From Octopus vulgaris (taxonomy: Eukaryota), in contig OX597816.1 of NCBI GenBank assembly GCA_951406725.2, positions 44,268,001 through 44,332,000 on the forward strand: a stretch of DNA of 64,000 bases. The letters run 5' to 3'. The position numbers and the translations under genes are program-made. Shown piece after piece: positions 52,811 to 64,000 of this stretch. The notes beneath the pieces were generated by a model. It was not told the origin of the DNA, did no database searches, and saw nothing but the letters and a program-made list of their open reading frames with translations. Positions within the stretch are counted from its first letter, which is position 1; the number at the start of each line of letters is the position of its first letter.

Positions 52811-53243
52811 AGGCGCAGGAGTGGTTGTGTGGTAAGTAGCTTGCTAACCAACTACATGGTTCCGGGTTCAGTCCCACTGCGTGGCATCTTGAGCAAGTGT
52901 CTTCTGATATAGCCCCGGGCCGACCAATGCCTTGTGAGTGGATTTGGTAGACGGAAACTGAAAGAAGCCTGTCGTATATGTGTGTGTGTGTGTGTGTGTG
53001 TGGTTGTGTGTCTGTGTTTGTCCCCCTAGCATTGCTTGACAACCAATGCTAGTGTGTTTAGATCCCCGTCACTTAGCGGTTCGGCAAAAAAGAGACCGAT
53101 AGAATAAGTACTGGGCTTACAAAGAATAAGTCCCGGGGTCGATTTGCTCAACTAAAGGCGGTGCTCCAGCATGGCCGCAGTCAAATGACTGAAACAAGTA
53201 AAAGAGTAAAAGAGTAAAAGAGTAGAGTAAAAGAGTAAAGAGA
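52811..53243 (+). mobile_element. SINE family A, full length, with an empty Tx1 target AAGTAGCTTGCTAAC at 52834-52848
   Basis: Complete head, microsatellite and tail with (TAAAAGAG)n. Confidence 0.92.
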
Positions 53244-53422
53244 ACAGTAGTTGCCAAATTTGTAATAAATAAAGGTAGATATAGTGAGTTTTATTTTTCT
53301 ATTTTGATGGAGGGATGCAGAAGTTTCAAGGAAGTTAATAAATGGAGGATATGAAATGACGAGCGTTGTGAGAGATGCTAACTAGGAGATGAATCAGTTC
53401 AATGACGAAAGATGATGCACAG

Positions 53423-53655
53423 ATGGCGAGCTGGCAGAAACGTTAGCTCGCCGGGCAAAATGCGTAGCCGTATTTCGTCTGCCGTTACGTTCTGAGTTCA
53501 AATTCCGCCGAGGTCGACTTTGCCTTTCATCCTTTCGGGGTCGATTAAATAAGTACCAGTTGCGCACTGGGGTCGATATAATCAACTTAATCCGTTTGTC
53601 TGTCCTTGTTTGTCCTCTCTGTGTTTAGGTCTTTTGTGGGTAGTAAAGAAATAGA
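53423..53655 (+). mobile_element. SINE family B
   Basis: Full head, core and tail. Confidence 0.9.
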
Positions 53656-54486
53656 TATTTCTATATAACAGATAAAAATAGTCTCAGACTCATACAGTCG
53701 CCTGACTACATACACAAAAATTAAGACTCACATACATACAAGCAAACAGATGTAAGAGCGGTAATATACATGCAATCAGCATTCACGTACATATACACAT
53801 AAAAACACGCACAAAAGCACATGAGTCCCTATAATTTTCATTGGCATGCTCCGTACGTAAATATTGCAACAGCTCAACAAGCACATACACATATCTACTA
53901 TTCACACGCACACAAACACACACATACACATGCACACAGTACTACGAAAACACCAAATACGCACACAAGTACATGTAGAAACATATAAACACATGCGAAC
54001 TTACACACAAAAACAGGTCAACCTGAACGACAGCTGATAGCCATGTACTTACACACATATACACTTAAGCATACGCGCATATAAACACTTATATACACAG
54101 ACGGACATAGTCCTCATTATCTCCCCTTTTCAACTTTGTAATTGAACATCAATTTATTCCCTCACGTCTTCCCCACTCAACAAAATGGCCTACTCCTAAA
54201 TGCATGTTTCTCGGACGCCTCACTTTTTCCGCGTTTTTTTCCTCTTTCTTTCTCTCTTTGTAGGTTTTCTTTACGTTGAATAGCAAATAAGTTCAACACA
54301 TCGAACTTTTATTTCATTACTCAGAAACAGTTTGAAACTAATCTGACTTTATGGTGTTAAATATTACCATTGAAGTGTTAAACTAGTACCATATGTTTCA
54401 TACTTTGTTCTTCCTATGTTCAGCATTTCAATGTTAATTTTCTTAATTTTATATATACATATAAGTATGTCCATACATACATGTGT

Positions 54487-54560
<74 letters not shown>

Positions 54561-54644
54561 AGATAAAGAGATAAAACTATATATGCATATATATATATAT
54601 ATATGGAGATAGACAGATAACACTATATACAGACACACACACAC

Positions 54645-54691
<47 letters not shown>

Positions 54692-55297
54692 ATACATATA
54701 GACATTCTTGTATCTACAAACATATTTACAGGTATAAATATATGTATACATACAAAACTATATATACATATATATATATATGTCTATCTATTTATGTATG
54801 TGTGTGTGAATGTTTGTCTGTATGTGTGTGTGTGTACAAACGCGAAAGCACACACACGTATGAGTGCGTATGTCAAGTGCTATTTTCTTTCGTTTGTACA
54901 CATACATATATACATACATACGTACATACGTATATACATACGTACATACATACGTACATACACACACACACACACACCGTGTGTTTATTGTCGTTGGCTG
55001 TCTCTGTTTTGGTAGAAGAATAGATGAAATCTGAAAAGACAAATGATCAAGATAATTAAAAGGAAGCCGTATCTTCAGGAATGTCTGTAAACGGATGTCG
55101 TAGTCTGTGCTACGTCAAAGAGAAACAAGTGTTTGCTAATGTATAATTCGGAATTGTCCATATTAACTGATCTTCCTTGTTTTAATGAGCTTAACAAAAC
55201 TTTCCACAGTCTTGAGATTTTCCGGCTTACGAGCGCCTGCCTCTGCTGCTGATAAATGTTATTGATACAGATTGAAGACGGTGATGGCGATGATGAC

Positions 55298-55464
55298 GAC
55301 TACTACTACTTACCACTACTACTACGTTCACCTACACTACAACTATCGCCTGAACCGCCAACACCACTGCTAGAACTGCCACCAGCTCAGCTACCTTTAT
55401 AAATGAAATAACTGCTACGGCTGCCAACATCACCTACTACCACTATTACTACTACTTCTACTAT

Positions 55465-55544
<80 letters not shown>

Positions 55545-55567
55545 TCACCACCACCACCACCACCACC

Positions 55568-55609
<42 letters not shown>

Positions 55610-55898
55610 GTACTACTACTACTACTACACCTACAACAACTACTACTACTACCACCACCACCACCACCACCACCACCACCACCACCACCACCACCACCAC
55701 CACTACTACTACTACTACTACAACTGTACTACTACTACTACTACTACTACTTACCACTACTACTACGTTCACCTACACTACAACTATCGCCTGAACCGCC
55801 AACACCACTACTAGAACTGCCACCAGCTCAGCTACCTTTATAAATGAAATAACTGCTACGGCTGCCAACATCACATACTACCACTATTACTACTACTT

Positions 55899-55965
<67 letters not shown>

Positions 55966-56009
55966 CACCACCACCACCACCACCACCACTACTACTACTA
56001 CTACTACTG

Positions 56010-56041
<32 letters not shown>

Positions 56042-56264
56042 ACCACTACTACTACGTTCACCTACACTACAACTATCGCCTGAACCGCCAACACCACTAC
56101 TAGAACTGCCACCAGCTCAGCTACCTTTATAAATGAAATAACTGCTACGGCTGCCAACATCACCTACAACCACCACTACTTCTACTACTACTACTTCTAC
56201 TACTACTACTACTACTACTACTACAACAACTACTACTACTACCACCACCACCACCACCACCACC

Positions 56265-56297
<33 letters not shown>

Positions 56298-56544
56298 GTA
56301 CTACTACTACTACTACTACTTACCACTACTACTACGTTCACCTACACTACAACTATCGCCTGAACCGCCAACACCACTACTAGAACTGCCACCAGCTCAG
56401 CTACCTTTATAAATGAAATAACTGCTACGGCTGCCAACATCACCTACTACCACTATTACTACTACTTCTACTACTACTACTTCTACTACTACTACTACTT
56501 CTACTACTACTACAACAACTACTACCACCACCACCACCACCACC

Positions 56545-56589
<45 letters not shown>

Positions 56590-56772
56590 GTACTACTACT
56601 ACTACTATTACTTACCACTACTACTACGTTCACCTACACTACAACTATCGCCTGAACCGCCAACACCACTACTAGAACTGCCACCAGCTCAGCTACTTTT
56701 ATAAATGAAATAACTGCTACGGCTGCCAACATCACCTACTACCACTATTACTACTACTTCTACTACTACTAT
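55298..56772. repeat. Five tandem units (about 280-440 bp): conserved block of about 135 bp plus variable (ACT)n/(ACC)n
   Basis: cgttcacctacactacaactatcgcctgaaccgccaacacc...ttataaatgaaataactgctacggctgccaacatcac recurs near 55325, 55766, 56055, 56335 and 56627. Confidence 0.93.
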
Positions 56773-56996
56773 CAGCCCCACTGAACCATGACCACAGTTG
56801 CAATTACCATCTACAACTCTTACAAGTGTGACCATCTCTACAACTACTACCACCTCCACTACTACCAGAAACAGTAGTGGTGGTAGTTGTTGTAGTAGTA
56901 TTAGTAGTAGTAGTAGTAGTGCTAGTACCACTACCATCATGATCACCACTATTACTACAATTACAGCTATTACAACTACAAAAACAACCGAAACTG

Positions 56997-57030
<34 letters not shown>

Positions 57031-57157
57031 CACTACTTGTGTTAAGGAATATGTGTGGAACGTGGCGGTTTTAGGAGAACGAGGCTGCTATTTCTCACAC
57101 AATGAACGACTAGTTACAGACTTCTTCGATAGCTCTCTTGAATATAGCATATTTTAA

Positions 57158-57590
57158 TGCGGTGAGCTGGCATAGACGTTAGCCCGCCGGGCGAAATGCT
57201 TTGTGGTATTTCGTCAGTCGCTGCTTTCTGAGGTTAAAATCCGCTGAGGTCGACTTTGCCTTTCATCCTTTCGGGGCCGATATATTAAGTACCGGTTACG
57301 CACTGGGGTCGATGTAATCGACTTAATCCCTTTGTCTGTCCGTGTTTGTCTCCTCTATGTTTAGCCCCTTGTGGGCAAGAAAGAAATAAGAAACGTTAGC
57401 ACGCTGGGCGAAATGCTTAGCGGTATTTCGTCTGTCATAACGTTTTGAGATCAAATTCCGCCGAGGTCTACTTTGCCTTTCATCTTATCGAGGTCAATAA
57501 CTTAAGTACCAGTTGCATACTGTAGTCGATGTAATTGACTGGCACCCTTCCAAAAACTTTCAGGCCTTGTACCTAGAGTAGAAAAGAATA
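57158..57590 (+). mobile_element. SINE family B followed directly by a 5'-clipped related SINE
   Basis: Two consecutive Nin-like cores; the second has a different tail. Confidence 0.82.
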
Positions 57591-57764
57591 TATTATATTT
57601 TTGTACCTGAAGGTGCTGATATCTGTGAGCTGTTCCTCGATCTATTCACAGAATGCAAGTTCGTATATTTAGTTGGCATTTTTCGGTTTGTAAATGTTCT
57701 GCGGAAAGCAACTTCTTGTACAATTCTTCCATTTGTATAGACACAGACAGCAGTCTGTGGATTT

Positions 57765-58582
57765 GGATCTTTTCCATTTGAACGGCAGTTTTCAACACAA
57801 TTTCTAGTTAACTAAATACTTTTAAACTTCGTATACTTGTAGAATGTGTTTATAAAACATCATTTTTTCTTGGCTTTATTGAGAAAATTCTATATGTTGT
57901 AACATATTTAAAATCGAGCATTTCGGCAATTTTAACCAATCAAATACGTCCATTTGGAGTCAAAACCACACCATGCTGTATGAATATGTCCCTCGTTTAA
58001 GAAACAGATTGGGTTTATTTACATTTGCGAAGAAAGAAAGATACTCTTCCCCCACCCCAACCCTAACCCTAACTCTAACTAAACCTTAAAATAGATTGAA
58101 ATGCAATAGATCGATACTAGGGTTATAATTATGGGTGACATTTTCATTTGACACCGCTAGAAAAAAATCCTATTTTCCGTAGCGGTGTCGTATGAAATTT
58201 TCACCCATAATTATAACCCTAGTATCGATCTATTGCATTTCAATCTATTTTAGGGTTAGGTTTAGAGTTATGGTTAGGGTTAGGGGTGGGGGAAGGGTAT
58301 CTTTTTTTTTTCGCAAATGTAAATAAACCCAATCTGTTTCTTAAACGAGGGACATATTCATACAGCACAGTATGATTTCACTCCAAATGGACGTATTTGA
58401 TTGGTTAAAATTGCCGAAATGCTCGATTGTAAAGTGGAAATATGTTACAAACTATAGAATTTTCTCAATAAAGCCAAGATAAAATGATGTTTTATAAACA
58501 CATTCTACCAGTTTACGAAGTTTAAAAGTGTCTAGTTAACTAGAAATTGTGTTGACAAATGCCGTTCAAAAGGAAAAGATCC
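57765..58582. mobile_element. Palindromic MITE (arms of about 400 bp) with GGATCTTTT termini and 8-bp TSD gtggattt
   Basis: gtggattt|ggatcttttccatttgaacggca...tgccgttcaaaaggaaaagatcc|gtggattt. Confidence 0.9.
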
Positions 58583-58809
58583 GTGGATTTTTCTACGAAT
58601 GCTAATTCTGAGAAACTGAGTTTGTAGCTAGATTACGATATTTTTCTATTTGCTTGACGTTATAAACATACAGATATCCACAGGCTATTAGAAACAATAA
58701 AAGAGAGACATGAAAGGTTGTTTCTAATATACGATTTTGTGTCGTTTGTCATTTCCACGGTAGCTATAAAACGTTTTGGTTTGGCAGAAAAGAGATAAAA
58801 TATTAAACA

Positions 58810-58967
58810 TAGGCGCGGTTATATGTGTGGGTAACAAGACTGATTCCCAATGTGGTTTCGGGTTCAATCCAACTGCGTGGTATCTTGGGCAAGTGTCTTC
58901 TATAACTTCAAGCTGAAGAAAGCTTTGCTAGCCGATTTGATTCACAGAAACAGAAGGAAGTCCGCCT

Positions 58968-58970
<3 letters not shown>
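58810..58970 (+). mobile_element. Diverged SINE family A, 5' half
   Basis: aggcgcgg...gggttcaatccaactgcgtggtatcttgggcaagtgtcttcta. Confidence 0.7.
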
Positions 58971-59020
<50 letters not shown>

Positions 59021-59960
59021 ATATATATACACATTTGTGTGTATGTATGTATGTCAGTAGGTATGTATGTGTGTGCATCATGGGTAGACTCATTCGTCGC
59101 ACGGATTCAAGCCATCACACCTTGTTTTGGGGTGTCTTTAACAGAGTCTATTCTGTTGCAAGTATTTGGGTCTCATCACCATTCTATCGATACCATACTA
59201 CTACGCAACAGTGTCTAGGACCTTTAAAGTGTAAGGAATTCCATACCATCATCGTATATGACCATTATTTTATGAATACCTGGCCCATGATTGCTGAACG
59301 TATTGGGGCCATATTACCTTTAGGAAGTAGCATATACCGGATGATATCCTCTAATGCTAACACAATCTTTTATATTGCTTGCGCATCCATGATGAAAGGA
59401 ACTAATATGAAATGCAATAATATGCAGTAAAACATTAATGTTAGATTCCAATAATGACGAAGAACGGTCTTCGTTTCTCTGAAGATACTTGAACAACTGC
59501 TAACACATGCTCTCTTCTTCTACAGCCATACCGTTCAACAGCATCGTGTATACAATAGCCATACAATTCAACTGTACCAGAATGCCAACACCCTACTGCA
59601 TGACAACGCAAAAACTAATAAACCGTTCTCATCATATTACATTTTAATATAGCGATCGTCTTCAAGGTCGCCTCATATACATGTTTATGTGTGAATATCA
59701 AGGTAGCTAGTTCACGCCATTGAAAAGACCCCAATATGGAGAAATACCTCTGAAGTTTATGCTGGCCATTGTTGAGGTGCGGTTTCATCTCTCCCCGGTA
59801 TTTATTGTTCTTTAACACAGCATATCCATAACAGATGTTATCACAAGACAAAAACAGCAATAAATGACCTATTAACGGCATGTATATATTAAGCAATATG
59901 TAAAATGGTCATATTAATTTATTACTGCTTAATTTCGTTATGCTGCATACATACACGCAC

Positions 59961-60021
<61 letters not shown>

Positions 60022-60099
60022 TATGTCTATTGACCGCGTATGTACCGTTGGCGATTTTTTTCCTCTGTCTTCCCTTCTCTGGATCTTTCCTTCCGCTAT

Positions 60100-60134
60100 G
60101 TTTCCGACGAAGAGCTCCGCTCGAAACATTAAAC
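60100..60134 (+). ncRNA. Minimal hammerhead motif (U4C variant) in a short Penelope-pLTR-like insert at 60020-60238
   Basis: gttt-CCGACGA-a-gagc(tcc)gctc-GAAA-cat-TA-aac; stem III degenerate. Confidence 0.55.
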
Positions 60135-60310
60135 CTTCCTTCTTTCCTTCTTTCCTGAGCGTCCAATAATACTATATTTGTTCCACGTCCTCGCGTTGTT
60201 GTGTTTTTTTTGTGCTTTCTTGTTTGGATTAACTATTTATGTATGTATATATGTATATGTAAATATATATACATATACATACATATATGCATACATATAT
60301 ACATACATAT

Positions 60311-60384
<74 letters not shown>

Positions 60385-60914
60385 CAAAAATTCCAGATCT
60401 AAAATCTCTCTAAGAGATCAACGCAGTAGTTTTACTAACAAGTAATGTTTGCAGTCACTTCAACTTGGCTTTCCATTTGAATGGGCTTTACTGCGATCGT
60501 TTAACCCCAGGAGGACATCTCTAGCTCGCTAAAGATGCACAGCTGCATCCGAGATAGTGCGAGAAGGAGAGCGAACCCCTACCACCTTCTAGCCACGACC
60601 AGCAAACCAGGCTGTTTTCGGGTTATTTCTGCCTCTCTTCAGTACTGGACACATCTTCTTCTAGAGATGGTAGTAGCTCGCTTCTGCTCGCAATATATAT
60701 AATTTCAAGCGACATACATATCTGTATTTGTAAATCTCGAACGGCGACGAATGAGTCCTCAACACCGCATTGGAGGAGAAATTGTTTTTATTTGTGTATT
60801 GATGGCTACCATTGATTTCATGTTATGATATTAAGATATTTCTCTTAACGTGACACCAATGGTAGCCTCAATACACAAATAAAGAAATATATCTATATAT
60901 CTATATATATATAT

Positions 60915-61047
60915 CTTTTTGCCGATCGGCCTGGTTACAGGGGCGTAAACACCCCAGCAACAGTTGTCAAGCGGTTGTCAAGCGGTAAACACAGAGACAG
61001 ACACGCAAGCACACACATACGCACGCACATACGCACGCACACACACA

Positions 61048-61085
<38 letters not shown>

Positions 61086-61277
61086 TATACACACACACAC
61101 ATACACACACACAGACACACAGACACACACACAGACACACACACACACCACAGGCTTCTTTCAGTTTCTGTCTACCAAATCTGCTCACAAGGCTATAGTA
61201 GAAGACTCTTGCCCAAGATGTTACGGTTATACAGTGGGACCAAACTCGAAACCATGTGGAAAGGAAGTGTGCTTCTT
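60915..61277 (-). mobile_element. SINE family A body; its head is displaced to 62117-62142 by an insertion
   Basis: ...cttgcccaaga...cagtgggaccaaactcgaaaccatgtgg...gcttctt stops at 61277. ttctcaccgcacagccacgcttatgc resumes at 62117. Confidence 0.78.
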
Positions 61278-62116
61278 TATGCTTCTCATCAAATTTGCCA
61301 TAAAGGCACTACATAGATAGAAGTAAATGCAGGTTGGACAACAACACAAATGAAATTAATGATGAGCAAAATAATGATATTGATGAAGGAAGCAGACGAC
61401 GCCCGCCGATCGATGCTTTCCGAAAACATTGTTCTTTTTTTTCTTTTATAAAAACCAATTGAGGTTATAAACCTCTTGCTATTGTTCTTTGGGACACAAG
61501 GTCCTTTCAAATGAGGCACTAAGCCTCTTACATTTTTCACAAATGGACTCCACGTCCTTACAAAATGTGGCGCTAATCCTCTTGAATTTTTTACAACTCG
61601 AGGCATTAAAGCCTCTTACTTCCATGCCCGGCTAGGCCCACCGCCTCATTCAAGCACCCGGACGCTGCCAAGTCAGGGCACTTTAGCATAAATTTAAATA
61701 TATCCTCGGAGAAGGAGATCATTATCCTGCGTTAGTCGGTTTCTCCTATGACCTCCGCAGCCATCTGCGGAGGCCAATTAGGTCTTCAGTGCAGGACAGA
61801 ACCCCTTCCCTCTGGCCTTTTTTTTTTCACCTTCTTTACAAAGTTTTGTAAAGCCCCTCCTTGTGAAAGAGGATTACAAATTCCTCGTCTATCAAATAGG
61901 AAGGGGCCACAGTTTCTTCCGTCGGTGGCACAATTCCCACCGACGGGGTTTCGGGACATGTCGGCAGCGTTTTAGTAACCGCCGGTAATGCCCCGTTTTT
62001 CTTCTTTTTTTTTTCCTTTTGCCACGGGAGGGTGGAGTTCTTCCGTTTTGCCCGGAAGATTTTCCTTCCCTCCCGCAGCCTTAGAATCCCTCGGTGGGCA
62101 ACCATTTCCACCAACA
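61278..62116 (-). mobile_element. 5'-truncated, diverged ORF1-only Tx1-derived element (element 4, related to element 2)
   Basis: 3' hairpin tttgccataaaggca is identical to that of element 3. Minus-strand peptides NGCPPRD, PSVGIVPP, ILFHKE and PNWPPQMAAEV match element 2 NGCPPKN, PRVGCVPP, LLYHKG and PLWPPQVAAEK. Confidence 0.78.
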
Positions 62117-62668
62117 TTCTCACCGCACAGCCACGCTTATGCATGTGTATGCGTGTGTGTGTGTGAATGTGGGTGGTTTGTGGATATGTATGTTTAGTTA
62201 TGTATGTGTATATATACATGCTCACGCATTTGTAAATATGTTACAGGTCGTAATTTAGGGTGAATTTCTAAACAAACATGTAGTGATCTTTTTATTCTCA
62301 TCAAACGGAAGTAAGATAAAGGACCAGTCTCCTTTCATTCATCCGTCTGCTCAAGAAGAGAAATGCATAGAAGTAATTATTTAAATCAATCAAAATTAAC
62401 GCCTAGTTGCAAACGTGATTAACCTGTATTCGCGAGCAATGTGGTCAAATAATTGATATTAATTCGCAACACAGCATTCGTTAAAATCCTAAGAGAAACT
62501 GCAAAGTAGTTAAACTCTATCATTTAGGGCTATTGCTATGAAACTATGAGCAGATGTAAAATACACTTGATAATTTCTCTCTACGTACGCACGCACGGAC
62601 GCACACACAAGATATGCATTTTCCGCAGCTTTTAGACTACTCATAAGACGATTAATACCTAGGAAGAA

Positions 62669-62900
62669 AGCGGCGAGTTGGCAGAAACGTTAGCACGCCG
62701 GGCGAAATGCTTAGTGGTATTTCGTCTGCCGCTACGTTCTGAGTTCAAATTCCGCCGAGGTCGACTTTGCCTTTCATCCTTTCGGGGTCGATTAAATTAG
62801 TACCAGTTACGCACTGGGGTCGATATAATCGACTTAATCCGTTTGTCTGTCCTTGTTTGTCCTCTCTGTGTTTAGCCCCTTGTGGGTAGTAAAAAAATAG
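62669..62900 (+). mobile_element. SINE family B
   Basis: Full head, core and tail. Confidence 0.9.
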
Positions 62901-63237
62901 ATTAATACCTGCGACGTATTTGCAACCATAAATGTTACTATATATCTCAGAACATGGCAATAATTTATTGTTCATGTGCAGAAATCTACCAAAGAACTCA
63001 ATAACGAACGACTAAAAGTAATATAAATTGTCTTTATCTTATGTACTCTAACGGAATTAGAAAGAAATCAGGGAAATGGGTTAAAATTAATATACATTAA
63101 AATTAATGCATTTCATTTTTTGATAAATATTTATAATTTATCGCTCCGAACTTACACTCAAATTAGATGACGCACTGAGCAGCAGATTGTTATCACACAA
63201 TTTCAATATATTTGAATTCACATTCATTTAAATAAAA

Positions 63238-63633
63238 CTAGCAGTATCGCCGGCGTTGCTCGGGGTTGTAAGGGAAATAACTATATAAGCATTTTTAGAG
63301 AGTTATAGCCAAAAAATAGCAAAAAAATGCATTAAAAATGGAAAAAATATGATGGTAAATTTTTTTTAAATCGTTGTCTCATCGTAGACATTTTTAGAGA
63401 GTTACTTCCCTTTATTTAAAAAATATGCGTTAAAATGGAAAAAAATGATGTTAAATTATTTTTAAAATCGTAGACTCATCGTAGACGCGTGCTAATACCC
63501 AGAAGGGCTCGCTATGAATCACGACTATAAGATACCCGGTTTTGGTTAAACTGCGCCGCAAAATGTGGGAGTAGTTAGGAATCTAAATCGTAGGAGACAG
63601 ACACTCACACAACTTCACTTTTATATATAAAGA
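63238..63633 (-). mobile_element. Non-autonomous Helitron
   Basis: Minus strand starts A|TCTTTATATATAAAAG and ends with a GC-rich imperfect hairpin (CCGAGCAACGCCGG) then ...CTGCTAG|T. No TSD. Confidence 0.75.
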
Positions 63634-64000
63634 TATCTACAACTTAGGTCTTACGTTGTATGTTTTGCAAGTGTATTCATATTAGTGCAGTTCGTTTATG
63701 CTTTAAATTGTCCGTTTTTGCTTGTGTTTTCCTGCATCCAGCTGTCAGAAACACGTATGTTGCCCCGGATATACATATTTGGCTTGGGTTGTTTCTTTTT
63801 ATTTAATTCTTTTTATTTATCTTATTTTTTTTTGTTTTTTGTTTTTTAAATTCTGTTAGACTCTATAACCTTTTAATGGCTGATATTTCTGTATAGAATA
63901 TCTGTTTATTATGCTCTTTGGCAGATTTCTGCAACTTGAGGAGGGAACGAGAACAACAACTACAACAACAACGAGGACAACGAGAACAACAACGACAGCG

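Noticed and set aside
55387-57157. Poly-Val or mucin-like Thr-rich ORFs
   Set aside because: These are translations of (ACT/ACC)n microsatellites. The conserved block has no supported frame or splice signals.

Overview
AT-rich, microsatellite-dense eukaryotic DNA made almost entirely of mobile elements and tandem repeats. The SINE repertoire looks cephalopod/octopus-like (inference). No host protein-coding gene could be supported. Main finding: a target-specific Tx1-type (L1 clade) retrotransposon system. At 1-8971 (minus strand), one near-complete Tx1 LINE (gag-like ORF1 plus APE-RT-CCHC ORF2) and two highly diverged ORF1-only elements lie head to tail. Each is separated by a copy of AAGTAGC(T)TTGCTAAC, which is part of the tRNA head of the abundant SINE family A. 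An independent, 5'-truncated relative of one ORF1-only element interrupts another SINE-A copy at the same position (61278-62116). The Tx1 3' tail is shared with SINE family B, and SINE-A shares its tail with a CR1-type LINE at 27.6-29.4 kb. Penelope-like remnants carry several hammerhead ribozyme motifs, including a 546-bp tandem unit with one hammerhead per unit and a G3-C8 swapped-core variant. Also present: a 6-kb array of a 56-bp satellite, Tc1/mariner remnants, two GGATC-ended elements with 8-bp TSDs, a non-autonomous Helitron and several local tandem duplications. Coordinates were read by eye and most element boundaries are approximate.
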